Positions 51,721 to 64,000 of a DNA stretch of 64,000 nucleotides are shown here, piece by piece. The notes under the pieces are model-generated. The model saw only the letters and a program-made list of their open reading frames with translations. It did not search any database and was not told the DNA's origin. Each line of letters starts with the position of its first letter. The stretch's first letter is position 1. The translations under genes were made by a program, and so were the position numbers. The DNA is from Camelus dromedarius (lineage: Eukaryota), in assembly GCF_036321535.1 (NCBI RefSeq), contig NC_087436.1:105464001-105528000 (forward strand). Direction: 5' to 3'.

Positions 51721-52939
51721 GGCCCTGCACACCGAGGTTTGTGTTGTCTGTTTGAGGCCCCAGTCCTGACCTCACCTAGGCCTCAGTGAAGCCAACAGAA
51801 ATGGAGATCCCAAAGCCTCAGAGAAGCTTCCTGCCAACTCCAAGTGGATCAGCCGAAATGGAGACCCTCAGAATCAGGGAGGCTCAGAGCCCCACAGAGT
51901 GGCCCCAGCTGCGGTCGGACAGTGACCATGGGAAGATGTGACTCAGTCCTACGCTGGTTCAGCAGACGTTTACTGAGCACCTACTGTGTGCAGGCATTGG
52001 TGTGGGGTGTAGAGGGGACCAGGACGTGCTCGCCCCACCCGCCCTCACCACACATATACTTAAGGAGCTCAGAATCTAGTGACGAGGAAAGAGGAAAGTC
52101 CAGTTGCTGGAGCACTTCCTAAGAGCTGGGGCATTATATCATTAAATCCTCAGGATAAGATAGCTGGGAAGACACAAAATTCCAGTTATTTCCGGGTGCC
52201 ACAGAGGAGCTGGGAGTCAAGGTCGAGTCTGCCTGCCTCCACAGTGGTCACCGTGCCTTCTAGACCAGCACACTTGCCACTGGAAAAGACCACAGCTCCT
52301 GGAACTGCTGACAGACAAAGCAGTGAGGGGTCCTGTGGTGGAACTCAAGGCATTATCAGACCTCTGGGTTCTAGGGCGAGGCGGGGTTAAACCCTCTTGG
52401 AAGGAGGGGGCATGGAGCTGATGGCATCCAGGTTTCACCCAGGCCTGAGCATCTCAAACCACAGATGGCTGACTGGGAGGGGAAAGGAGCGGGCACCTGC
52501 GGGTCACCTTGGGGAACAGGCTGTCAAAAGCAGTTGTGCCTGAGGCTGACCTAGTTTGACAATGAGCCGCACGCAGACACTCTCCTTTTCAGGATTTGTT
52601 CCAGGCATTTGTTTATTTGCAAACCCCTCTATTTGCCACTAAAAATACTCCTTCAAAGCAGATGCACAACTGACCGTGACCCTCCGCCCAACAGCCCAAT
52701 GCGCAAGCACTGAAGCCTCACACTCAGGCCTCTGTGCTCAGGGACCACGGAGGAGCAGGGCACAGCCTTCCCGCCTGAAGACATGCAGAACTGGTCACTC
52801 CATATCCCCCAAACGAATTCCTCCCTGAGACAGGTGCCGATTAAGAGGGGCCTCTCAGTCGACTGTGGGCAGTATTGTATGGAATTCCTCAGTTGCAACA
52901 GAGAAAACTCAACTCAGGCTAAGTTAATCTCATGCACAA

Positions 52940-52980
<41 letters not shown>
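52940..52980. repeat. (CA)n microsatellite inside an MLT1-like LTR (~52870-53190)
   Basis: Near-perfect CA run. Confidence 0.9.
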
Positions 52981-52982
<2 letters not shown>

Positions 52983-53219
52983 TATGAGGTCTCAATAAAC
53001 AAAAATGTCAGGGGCAGTTTCAGGCACAGCTGGATCCAGGTGCTCAGTGGATCACCAGCCTCTGGTCTTCTTCTGGCCTTCTTTCAAGTTCCATTTTCCT
53101 GTGGGTTGGCTTCACTCTCAAGCAGATTTTCTCCGCACCATGTTAAGATGGCTGCCAGTTGCCTCAGGCTCACCTACTCTGCTCCAAGTTGAACCAAAAG
53201 AGAGCTTCTTTTCCTTGCT

Positions 53220-53880
53220 AATTTTTAATGGGTCTATTGAGGCATAATTAATATACAGTAAACTGCTTGTTTTTAAAGTGTACAGTTTGATAAATTTGGA
53301 CATGTGTAGGCACCTCAGAAACCATCACCGCAATCAAGATCATGAATGTATCTGTGACCCAAAAGTCTCCTTGACTTTTGGAATCTCCCTTCTCACTCCT
53401 TTTCCCCCATCCTCAGGTAACTCCTCATCTGCTTTCTTTCGATTAGTCACTTTAGATTAGTTTGCATATTCTAGAGTTTTAGGTAAATGGAATCACACAG
53501 AGTGTACTGCTTGTGAGGGGAGGTCCTGCATTACTCTGAGTTTAATTGGCTCTTGGTTTTTAGTTTGTTAAGGTGGAGGTTGAGATCATTGATCTGAGAC
53601 CTTTCTTCTTGTCTAACGTAAATTTCTCCCTAAGGGCTGCTTTAGTGAAGCCCCACAAATTCCAACAGGTTGTGTTTTCAGTTTCCTTTAGTTCAAAATA
53701 CTTCCTAATTTAACTGTTACTTTCTTCTTTGATCCATGTTATTTGGACACGTGCAGTTTCATTTAAAACATCTGGGAATTTTCCGGATATACTTCAGTTA
53801 CGGATTTCAAGTTTATTGCCACTGTAGTCAGAGAATGTACTTGAATCTTGACTTAAATCTTTTCATAGATTTTTTTTTTT
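53220..53880 (-). mobile_element. Old L1M fragments
   Basis: tattgaggcataattaatatacagtaaact...tttaaagtgtacagtttgataaatt; gatcattgatctgagaccttt. Confidence 0.7.
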
Positions 53881-53889
53881 GGTGGTTGT

Positions 53890-56800
53890 TCCAGGTATCA
53901 CAATATACTAGACGTCTGAGCAAGGACAGACTTTGGCTGATACCTACAGGCTGAGTCACTGGTTCACTTGGCTGTTTTATGTCTCTTCTGCAGTGGACGC
54001 TCTTTGGTGAACTTGAATGTACTATTCAAAGTTACTGCACTTTCTGTGCACTCTCATGGGTCCACCTACATGCCTCTTCCAGACCTTCCTGTCCCCTGTC
54101 TCCCAGTCTTGCTCCTTCCTCTTCTCAACCACAGAAGTCAAGAGTCAGCCAACACTTTCTGTAAAGGGCCAGAGAGTAAACATTTCAGCCCTTGCAATGT
54201 GACAAGGACTCAACTCTACCATCATAGTGAGAATGCAACCACAAACAACATGGAAATGAATAGGTGTGGCTGTGTTCCAATAAAACTTTATTTACAAAAA
54301 CAGACAGGGAGAGGAATTTGGCTGCGGTAGCCAAGTCACTCACCATTGCCCACAGTACATGTATTCCCTTGACTCAATCTCTTATTGTTCCATACAAAGG
54401 GGTTGCCCAGATGAGGTACCCCAAGAGAAGATGTCTCTCACCGCTGTCTTCCAGGGCCACTGAGGAGTGGGGCAGTTCTCTGGTGATGGTCCATTTTAGG
54501 CCCACAGCTGTATGTCAAGTCAGTGAATCAGTGGACTGAGCTGAGGCTAGTTCCTCCTCCTTCAGAGAGTTGTAGGGACTCCCTCATGGGATTTGAGGTG
54601 TGAGAAACACTGACAGGTGACATGAGAATCTGGGCTACTTGCTTGGGAAGCTTCCTTGTAAATACCTTCTGCCTGCTTGCGTCTGAACCCAGAGGTACCA
54701 TTTCTTGTTACAATGTATTGCCACCTGGTCTACCTTGTATTGCTTAGTTGGTTTGACAGCTCCTGGCTTAGGGCAGTGCTGGTTGCACGGTCACCTGATG
54801 TCCCGTGGTCAGATACCCAGTTTCTATCAGGGCCCAGCTACGTGCCGGGAGCTGCGTTGTGAGTGGTGTATAGTTCTCTTCTGTAGACTTCATGGCCTTG
54901 TTCCAGACCTTCTGCATTGGGACCAGAGTTTCCAGGCCACGTCTTTCTCTTGCACAGATACTTCTAGTACTGTGGGGTTTCTTGGTTATGTACCACAAAC
55001 AAGGATGCTCATATGACAGCCTAGTTCTACTACAGAGCCTTTTCATGCGCTCAGAGCTAGAAACTTTCCAGGCCACCTGATGAATCAGATTGTATCAGTT
55101 TTCTCAGGTGAAACGGGTGCTGCCTCCAGGACTCAGAGGCCCATCAGGTCTGTGCTTCCTGCTCAGTGACAGGAGGGCCAAGGTAGACTTGACTTTGGAT
55201 GGAGTATCCCAGCCTGCCTCAGACCACTGAACATCTGTAAAGTTCAGCAATGTGGCAAGCCTCTGATTCTGCAGGGTTTACCTCCTGTTCCCTGCAGTGT
55301 CCTACTCAGGAATCCACAGTGCTTCTCACTCACTGGGTCCAATTCATATGATATCACTGGTATGATGGACCAATGCATGGTTCTCCAGGATGTCCACATA
55401 GCCTAGGTCCCTTCAAACGACATTAGGATGGAAATCAGGAAAGCTCTGGGGCAAACCTTGTGTATAGACCCAGAGCAAAACTGTGACTCTGTGCTATTGT
55501 CCACCTCATGCAAATGCAAACTGCTTCTGTCCATCCTCCTTGATGGGCGTGGGAAAAAAACACATTCACCATATTTACAGCCACATACCAGGTTCCCAAA
55601 GTTGTGTTAATTTGCTCTAGTAAATATACCATCTATGGCACATTAGCTGAAATCAGGGCTATTACTTGACTGAGTTTGTGGTAGTCCTTTTCCCTTCACC
55701 ACGCTCCATGATTTTCACTGGGGCCAGATCGGTAAATTAAACGGGAACATGATGGGGACTGGCACCCCTGCATCCTTTAAGCCTTTGAAGATGGCACTAA
55801 TCTTTCCATACTCCTCCTCCAGGACCAGATAGATAGAGAGATGGACAGATTTGTATTTGTAAAAATCCATACAAAATGTGTATTTTTTTTACTATCATGT
55901 CTTGGCAGGAGTAGGGGAATCTAAAATTTTAGGAGCTTCCACTTGGTGTTTGCTTTACAGACAAGAAACTAATGTGAGATCTCTGTCAGTTGCTAAGTAT
56001 GTCTATTTACATTTGGAAACCAGAGAAATTCCCAGCGGGTAGTTTCACGGACCCAGTGTCTCACCAGGAAACAGACTTGCCCCAGGACTTCATTTATCAC
56101 CTGACCCCATATATCTACACCAACAGTGCTGCTTTGTGCCTCTGGGTTTTGATGTCAAGTTAGACACTGTATCTAAAAGCCTTTGAAATCTCTGGGATCC
56201 CCCTTCCCCAGGTTACCTGAATTAATGGATGTAGACCCTTGAGGAAGGACTGACACCTGCTCAGCTGCTGCAGGACCTTACAAGGATTTGACTTCACTTT
56301 CAGTCAGTAGGTTCTGGGTCTGAGAAGTGGCTTGGATCTGGAATCTGGCAAAGGATCATGACTTTCTAGAGAGGTGGCTGACCTCAATCTTCTCCCTCAC
56401 CCTCAAGCTCTCGATTTTCCATATGATACAGTACCCCTGTTGGCTGCCCCTCCAACACCACGTTCTGTGAGCTGGAAGGAGATGGTGAGGGTCTGGAGAA
56501 GCTGGGGGAAGGTGTGAGTGTGGGGTGTGTGCTGGGGAGAACTCAGGTAACGGATCACTAGAATGATGTTCATTAACAGCCTGAGGTTGCCTAGATCTGG
56601 TTCAGTCCTCCCAGGATGGCAATGCAGCAAATTTACAATTTCAGCTGGATGATGGAGCCAGAAGGCTGTCAGCAGCCTCCAAACAAACAGGACAGCTTTA
56701 GAAGTCACTTTGAAAGTCTTTACATATGTTAATAGAGGGTCACCAAGAGGGTGCCTTGGGATCGTCAGGCTGGGGACAAGTTCAGAAAAATCCTTGTCAT

Positions 56801-57595
56801 GGGGTCAGCTGGGGTTAACTAGGTTTTCCGTCATCTCACAAGAACCACTTTGGCTTCTACCTCAGCACAGGGAGAAATGACTCAGCACAGATCTAATTAA
56901 TTGGGTAGAAGATACAAAAAAACCTTGAGGTTTGTATTTTAGCCTCTTAATATTCTAACGACTGTGTCCAATTTTTTTGGAACCACCTCCAGGGTCTAAT
57001 ACATACATTGAGCTTCCTGCCACCTTCTTGAGTGAAGATTAAAGCAAAGGTTGTTTTCCTCTATTCTGAGTGGGGGCAGGTGCCATTTAACCAACGTCCC
57101 TAGAAGAACAGTATCTCTGTTCAAAAAGCCTCCTTCAAATGCAGCTTAGGAAAGACACTCTCCCCCTTTTCTTTCCACCAGGGGAAGCTGGTCTTACTGT
57201 CTCTCATGCCTAGAAGGAGTTATCTTGGCCCGCACGGAGCCTTCGAGGGCTGACGACAGCCTGGAACAGCTCCTTAGGGATCTAGGCAGTGGAGAGGAGG
57301 TTGGAGCCCGGGATGCCAGTCAGCCTCAGCGCCGACGGAGCCCCCACCAGATGCGACAGAGGTGGTCTTCACTCCTTTCCCAGTCGGCCCCTACTTGCCG
57401 GTCCTCTCCAGACCAAATAGACAGTGGGTGACAACGGAAGGGGAGCAGGTTCTGTCACGGGGGGATGAATACTTGACTGGGGGGGTCAGCTGGAGCTCAC
57501 GGAGCTGTAGAAGTATCAGTTTTGTCTCCAGGGACATTGTGACCATCTCCTAACAGAAATCCTCAGCTCCAATCCTCTCCTAAAAAGTTATTTAC
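53890..57595 (-). mobile_element. Decayed ERVL-class (class III) endogenous retrovirus internal region: gag?-protease-RT-RNase H, with a MER58-like MITE at ~54140-54330
   Basis: Minus-strand translations: FQRLLDTVSNLT (protease, ~56150-56188); LKDAGVPVPIMFPFNLPIWP, DYHKLSQV, LLEQINTTLGTWYVAVNMVNVFF (RT, ~55550-55790); LVHHTSDII*IG (YIDD region, ~55335-55375); WALIETGYLTTGHQVT (~54780-54835); KEQDWETGDRKVW and VHQRASTAEE (RNase H, ~53980-54120). All resemble HERV-L Pol, with many stops and frameshifts. The gag part and right boundary are uncertain. Confidence 0.85.
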
Positions 57596-57597
57596 CA

Positions 57598-58350
57598 GAA
57601 GACAAATACTCTATGTTTCCTTACGTAGTCAGAGTCATAGAAACAAAGTTGAATGGTGGTTCCCAGAGGCTTGAGGGTAGAAGAGATGAGGAGTTATTGT
57701 TTAATGGGTACAGAGTTTCAGCTTAAAAGATGAAAAAATTCTGGGGAGGTGGAGGAGGGGCAAATAAGCAAATAAGAGGATTTGGGAGTTAGTGAAAATG
57801 CTCTGTATGATAGCATATTAATTGACACCTCATCATATATTTGTCCAAACCCATAGAATGTACACCACCAAGAGTGAACAGTGATGGAAACTATGGCTCC
57901 TGGGGATCATGACGTGTCAGTATAGGTTCATCAACTGTAAAAAATGTACCACTTTGGTGAGGGATTTTGACAATGAGGGAGGCCAAATATGTGTGGGGCT
58001 GGGGATGTATGGAAATGCCTGTATCTTCCCCTGAATTTTATTGCCAACCTAAAGCTACTCTAGAAAATTGTCTTAATATGAAAACGAATATACGTATGTA
58101 TGTGTATGACTGGGATATTGTGCTGTATGCCGGAGACAGACACATTGTAATTGACTGTACTTCAATAAAAATATGTAAGTAAGTAAGTAAGTAAATCACC
58201 TAGAAAATTGTCTTAATTTTTAAGAATCCTTCATCAAAAAGTTCTGTAGATCTGTTTCACAGCAATGTGGATACATTTAACACACTACCATTCACTTAAA
58301 AATGCATCTGATGGTAAATTTCATGTTATGCGTTTTTACCACAATAAAGA
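57598..58350 (+). mobile_element. Nested L1 3' ends: L1MB-like, containing L1MC-like, containing a young L1 tail (58077-58199)
   Basis: Young tail flanked by a perfect 17-bp TSD ctagaaaattgtcttaa (58060-58076, 58200-58216); the outer L1 breaks at aaaaaattctg (57733) and resumes at aaaaagttctg (58236). Confidence 0.8.
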
Positions 58351-58387
58351 AATATTTTAAAAAGTCATGTAAACTTTAGCTATTTCT

Positions 58388-58469
58388 GGGGAGAGGGTAT
58401 AGCTCAGTGGGAGAGTGCATGTCTAGCGTGTTTGAGGTCCTGGGTTCAATCCCCAGCACCTCCACCAAA
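58388..58469 (+). mobile_element. tRNA-Ala-derived SINE (vic-1-like)
   Basis: Same head; TSD aaactttagctatttc (58371-58386) / aaacttaagctgtttc (58470-58485). Confidence 0.85.
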
Positions 58470-59977
58470 AAACTTAAGCTGTTTCCAAACTCAGGTGGCC
58501 CCAAACAGTTAATTACAGATATGCATAGTGATATGTATGAATAAAGCTAATGTTCAAGGTGTGTCCATTGGTACACATTACACATGGATGTGCACATTTT
58601 GTCCCATATCAGTAGAGTGGAGTTGTGAGCGCCACAAAGCTAAATGAAAGGTAATTGTTTGGGACACCGGGAATCTGTGCTCCTGTGTTCAGAGCATTGA
58701 GAGCCAGGCAGTCCAGCTGAGGTCAGGGACTGAAGCAGAGGAAGGTGGGACCCACTAGAAGAGGATCACAAAGAGAGAAAGGAAGAGTCTTGCCTTTCTC
58801 GGAAACTCTTCGTCCTCTAGGATCCAGGGAGCCACGTTTATTTCCAGGGCTGACCCTCTGCAGAGCTTTGGAGAATACATCTGCAGTGTGGGCTTTTGTG
58901 AAGACTTGGATTATTAAGATGCAAATTAATGATCATAATTCTTGGCCCTTAAATGGCACCTCTTCCTGAGAGGCCTCAAAGAGCTTTACAATTTACTGTT
59001 CCCCACAAAATGCTGCTTTCTCTAATAACACTGTGAGGCATAAACAGCCACAAACCAATAGCAAAAGAAAACATTTTAAATACAGTCACCATCGCAGGTG
59101 CACTTGGGATGGGAAATGTATTTGGTCGTATAAATTGTTATCAGCTAGGTTTTCCCTTCTTTTTTCCCTTTTTAAGCCACCGTAAAAACCCAGAGTAAGT
59201 TACCGTGAAAAGCTATAATAATGCTAATTTTGTTCCCATTTCCTGGCTTTTTCCATCAGACTTGAGGCTTTTTAATATGACTTGAAAAATGTTTTTTTTC
59301 CATTAATAATACCCTTCCTTTTGGGCTCTGCTCTTTTGAAGTTGTATTATTACTTCCCTCTGTGACTGACTGCGGCATATTTGCTGTTTAATGTCAACTC
59401 CTAATGCATGAAAGCACATTCCCAAGGGCCACACTGTCCACCCTGAAGTGTAAAAGCTTCCCCAAATGAGTGGGGACGCAGCATTCTGAATGGAAACATT
59501 CAGGGCAGCTTGCCCCGAGACCTCCTTGGGAACAGGCAGATCTGGAGCACAGGGCACATGTAAATGAGGAGGCGGGCATCTCATCTGCCACTTGCTGCCT
59601 GGTAACCGCCCTAGTAACCGCCCAGGCACAAGTGGTACCCACACATGGGGAAATAATCCACTACGAGCAGCAACTTCCTGCCTATCCCCACCCATGGCCC
59701 CTGTCCCCCTCCCCAGCATGGAAACAGCTGCTTTTTCTCCAGAAGGGGTCTCTGAGGGAACACACATGCTGCTGAGCTCTGCAGTCTTGAGGGATTCTGA
59801 GTCCCTGAGAAACGGGGAGCATCTAACCCCAAAGTGAGAATTGTATCAACTCCTTATGGCAACTGTGGCTTGGTCCTGCTCATCGGAGGCCCTGCAGGAC
59901 TGTTACATGTGCCTGGGGCCCATTCCCAAATTGGGAAACAAGTTTGTTACCTTAATAAACACATCTAGCTTGGTGGT

Positions 59978-60004
59978 AAAAAAAAAAAAAAAAAAAAAAA
60001 AAAA
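59978..60004 (+). repeat. Poly(A) tract
   Basis: ~27 consecutive A. Confidence 0.9.
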
Positions 60005-61464
60005 CTAACTATTTATTGAATAAATGAATGATTGAGCAGATGGAAAATAAAGGCACAATTTGCATTAAGCCCCACCACAATCCTCAGAGGGAAACACTAT
60101 CAGTATGCCCATTTCATTGATGAGAACAGTAAAGATCTGGGAGGGTAATCTCTTGCCAAAATCATGGAGCTGGCTCACCACAGAGCCAAGATTCCAATTT
60201 TCGTCTTATTCTGGGAATCTCCACTTTCCTTTCCAACCTTGTGTTCATACTCATTGGCCAAATTCCCACCTCCAAGTCCACTTGACTTGGGGACCATCTT
60301 AAAGTATTTTTACGACTTGGCCATCGGTAAGTGAAAACAGTCGGGTGGCCCTGAGTAATAATAATTAACGTTTGTATAGCACTAACAGTGTGGGCACTGT
60401 TCTAAGTGCTTTGCACATATTAATTAATTACTTCTTCACAACCCTTCTCTGAGGTAGGGGTAGAATCCACCTTCCTGGATGCAGAGACTGAAGAGAATAA
60501 ATGGCTTGTTAGCAAGAGGCAGACTGGATTGGGAGCCCTGCAGTTGGGCTTCGTGCGCACGGACTTTGCACAGTCAGCTCTGATGGAGGTAAGAGCTCCT
60601 GCAGATTCCTCTGTGTGGCTGAGGAAGGTGAGGGCCATTCCTGCCTCTTCCCAGCAGGATGAATGCTCTCCCTCTTCACTTCTGCAGATGAGGAGAAATC
60701 TCAGCACAGGAACTGCCCTGACATGCACACAGGGCTGTCAGCCAGGTGCCCCTGGCCAGAGCCTGGTTCTCTGGTCCTCAGCACAGCCCCGGGACTCCGC
60801 AGCCCCTCGTTCTGTTCACAGTCACCTCTGTCACCCCCTCTAGGGGCTTGTAGGTTTCTAAAGCAACCATCCACCTCAGTCAAGAACCCTGGGGAGTCCA
60901 TACCCAAATCCCTGACAGCATCTTGGGGAAAAATCCTCATCTGTCTCATCCTTCTGCCTCTGCCCTCTTCTCTCAGAGGGAATTGGGTCCTAACCACACG
61001 ATTTACTGTTCTTGCTCAGAGGTGGCGCCTCCTTTCGGCCTCAGGGGACTTTCTCAGCTCCAGTGCAGGCAAGGATGAGAATCTGAATCTTTAGTATTTG
61101 GTTTGTGTGTTTTCATAATGTGTGTGAGCCCCGCGAGACCAGGAATTGCGCCCTGTTTATCACTTAACTTCAGAACCTAGCACAGAATCTGCCTCACTGT
61201 GTTCCATTGATGACAGCTGAATAAATGAATAAAGGAATATAGGAGCTCAATCTATTTTTGATTATTTTGAATAAGGGTCCCCCCAACCCCAGACTCTCTC
61301 CAAGTGATGACTTGGAAAGAAACATCTCAGAAGTTCCTTCCTGCAGGAGACAGAGTCCCGTTAGGCACATGAGGGTGGGGTACACCGTGTGCAGGGCCAC
61401 AGAGCCCTACCCAGCTACAGTCAGAGTAGCTCCTCTCTCATCTGCTGTGCCAAAGAAGGGTCTC

Positions 61465-62286
61465 CGTGCATCAGTCCTGGCAGGAAAGAGACATCACATT
61501 TCTATGGGGGGCAATTGAGGAGAACTTAATGAAGAGGTTATTTACAAAGGTGTGGGAAGGGTTAAAGGAGATCCATAAGGGATGGTGAACAACAGCAGTT
61601 GCTCCCCATGTCTGAAGGGATAAGGATGAGGGATGGTTCTGGAACCCAGAGGGAGAGGTGTAGCTGAAGAAGGAGGAGGAACACAGGCAGGAACACAGCC
61701 ATTGCCAACCAGTAGTGTGGAGGGGAGAGTGCTGAGGGGAATAAACACCTTGATCTCTCTCTTCTCCCATCCTTCAATATCCTGCTCACTCCTCCTACTG
61801 GGTGGACCTGAGTGGAAGCAAGGAGATCTGATGATGTGTTCCTCAGTACCACAGAGCTCAGGGCAGGGTGAAGAAGGCTGGTGTCTTAGTCCCTACAAGC
61901 TGCTGTAACAAAAATCCCCATTGACTGAGAGGCTTAAAAAGCAAACATTTATTTCTCACAGTTCTAGAGGCTGGGAAGTCTAAGATCAAGGTGCTGGCAG
62001 ATTTGGTGTGTGGTGAGAGCCCTCTTCCTGGCTTGCAGGTGGCCACCTCTCCTTCTGTCCTCAGATGGTAGAGAACAGAAACAAAAATCCCATGTCTCCT
62101 CTTTTTATAAGGGCACTAAACACATCATGAGGATTTCTAAAGACCTAACCACCTCCCAAAGGCCCGACCTCCAAATACCATCACAATAAGGATTAGGTCT
62201 CAACATATGAACCTTGAAGGACCACAAACGTTCAGTCTGTAGCAGCTGGAGTCTGGTTCTGGAGAGCAAGTCAAACAGTCAGCACA
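61465..62286. mobile_element. Old MLT1 LTR with an inserted MLT1A/MST-like LTR (61882-62244)
   Basis: Inner LTR tgtcttagt...ctgtagca with a perfect TSD gctgg (61877-61881, 62245-62249). Confidence 0.8.
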
Positions 62287-62305
62287 TAAGATGAATTCAT
62301 TGGTT

Positions 62306-62344
62306 AAAAACAAAACAAACAAACAAACAAACAAACAAACAAAA
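62306..62344. repeat. (AAAC)n microsatellite
   Basis: aaacaaacaaacaaac array. Confidence 0.9.
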
Positions 62345-63899
62345 CCCTCCTACTACTAAAAAGATGAAACAAAGCAAAACCTTGAAAACCATTATGCTGA
62401 TCCATTTCCCTTGTTTCACAAATGAGGGAATTGGGGTAGAAGATCGAGATCCACATTGCAAACCTAGAACCCTAGCCACCTGACTGCTAACTCCTAACTT
62501 GTCCTCAAGGATATCCTTCTAGCTTTTTCTTAGGGACGTACTTCAGAGTCACATGCTTCTCTAAGCATTGGTGTTTGCAGTCACTTGCTGATTTCTCGTG
62601 ATAGGTCTCTTAAATCACTCACTGTAACCCACAGCCTGGCCACTCTGATGCCTCTGAATTTACAGTTCCAGTTAAAGTCACATCCATGAAGGGGGAGGGA
62701 ATGGACAGCTCTCCGACCCCTTCCAGCCCCCAAATTGATTTGGCACTCGAAGTCACTGTTATATTTTATACTGAGTCTTCTGAATCAGTTCATTGAATTT
62801 TAGCTGTAGCTATATAAAATCCTCTCCAGTGAAATTATTTGGCCATATTGCAGATGGTCCTGCCATGATCTATCAATGCCACTAACTATCAGCAATAAAG
62901 AAAAAAAAGATCAGCTTTCTTCTCTTTCCATTGTAATGAATTTTCTAAACTCAGATTGAACCTTGGAAGGCAGTTTACTGGCTTTTTAATTTTTTAAATG
63001 TAGCATTTTGTATTTTTATATGAAACACGCAAGACAGGTGGTGGCAAATTTTGAAGATTTCCTATGCTGTAGGAAGGTTGCCAAGGAGATTCAGGAAAGC
63101 TTGGCTTAGATTTCTTGGGAGGAACGGATGGGCATGGGGAGGGCTCACTGCAGTCCAGGGTGACTTGAACACCTGTGATTTAGTGCAAGGTAGGAGGGAG
63201 GTACTTGATCAGCAAAGAGCAGGCACAGAAACCCAGCTAAGATTGCTTTAATGTATTAGTGTGTTGATAAAGGAGGGAAGCTGGCATAATGTATCCAATG
63301 GTTCCAAAACTATATGTTATTGTCCTGAACAGGAACCTAAATTCCAGGTCAGAGAAGAAGCTATTGAAGACGACTTTAGAATGTATTTCAGAGCAGCTTA
63401 GGTGGAGGAAGCAGATGGCATCATGAAGAGGAGATGATTCACAGTTCAGGGAGGAAAAGCTGTGAGTACATACGAATACATAGACACCCCAAATAATTGT
63501 GTATCAAAATTAAGTCTTAAACTCTAGGAGTGTATCTGGAGTTAACATAGATGAAAGTTTTAAGACAAATCTTAAGGCTGATAATGAAGCTGGAGTTAAT
63601 ATTAACTTACCCAAAAACGTGACAGAGAGGAAACTCCCACCCTTTACTAGGATAAAGTGGCCACAAGCTCTTTGCAGACAGCCATCTAATATATATGTTC
63701 CACCCTCAGGGGAAAGCCCTTAAGTTAACTGAGATTTTACCCGCTCACTATCTATATAATGGAATATACAAATGGCATTTTGACCAATGGAAAATCCAGT
63801 AAAAAGACTTTTAAAAAACTTTAGAAATGTTGCATTACTTTTGTAATTACAGGGAAAAATCCAAACTCTTTTAACTGAACAAATGTTATGTTCTAGAAG

Positions 63900-64000
63900 A
63901 TAAATGTATGGTTACTAGGGAGGAAAGGGAGTGGAGGGGGATAAATTGGGAGTTTGGGATTTGCAGATACTAACTACTACATATAAAATAGATAAACAAC
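63900..64000 (+). mobile_element. Start of a 5'-truncated cetartiodactyl-type L1 3' region (runs off the window)
   Basis: atggttactagggagg...gggataaattgggagtttgggatttgcagatac...tatataaaatagataaacaac-type motif. Confidence 0.75.

Noticed and set aside
55435..55632. RT-like ORF as a domesticated retroviral gene
   Set aside because: Only ~23 residues stay in the RT frame before a frameshift, the catalytic motif is lost, and stops flank it.
1..64000. CRISPR arrays, operons or other prokaryote-type systems; foreign inserts
   Set aside because: No regularly spaced repeat-spacer array or compositionally alien segment was seen; everything is consistent with a mammalian gene plus mammalian repeats.

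Overview
Mammalian genomic DNA, most likely from a camelid (inferred from four tRNA-Ala-derived vic-1-like SINEs; I noticed no Alu, Bov-tA or PRE-1). Bases ~400-31,560 hold one complete, intact + strand gene, LGI2 (secreted LRR + EPTP/EAR protein). It has a CpG-island promoter and 8 coding exons (952-1154, 3079-3150, 4749-4820, 6795-6866, 11895-11966, 12675-12844, 18980-19144, 26045-26862). These total 1644 nt = 547 aa + stop, all introns are GT-AG, and a ~4.7 kb 3' UTR ends near AATAAA 31539. The rest (~31.6-64 kb) is intergenic and rich in repeats: MaLR/ERVL LTRs (several nested, with readable TSDs), a decayed ERVL gag-pro-pol remnant (~53.9-57.6 kb, - strand), L1, L2, MIR and hAT MITEs. I found no convincing new protein-coding or multi-gene system; almost all other ORFs in the track are noise or repeat-derived. 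The best leads are regulatory: an overlapping upstream ORF that stays open across two splice junctions, a 5' splice site regenerated at the exon 7/8 junction, a SINE donating poly(A) signals to the 3' UTR, a 4-tier G-quadruplex after the stop codon, and several candidate enhancers or promoters. Repeat family names come from visual recognition, and repeat boundaries without TSDs are approximate.
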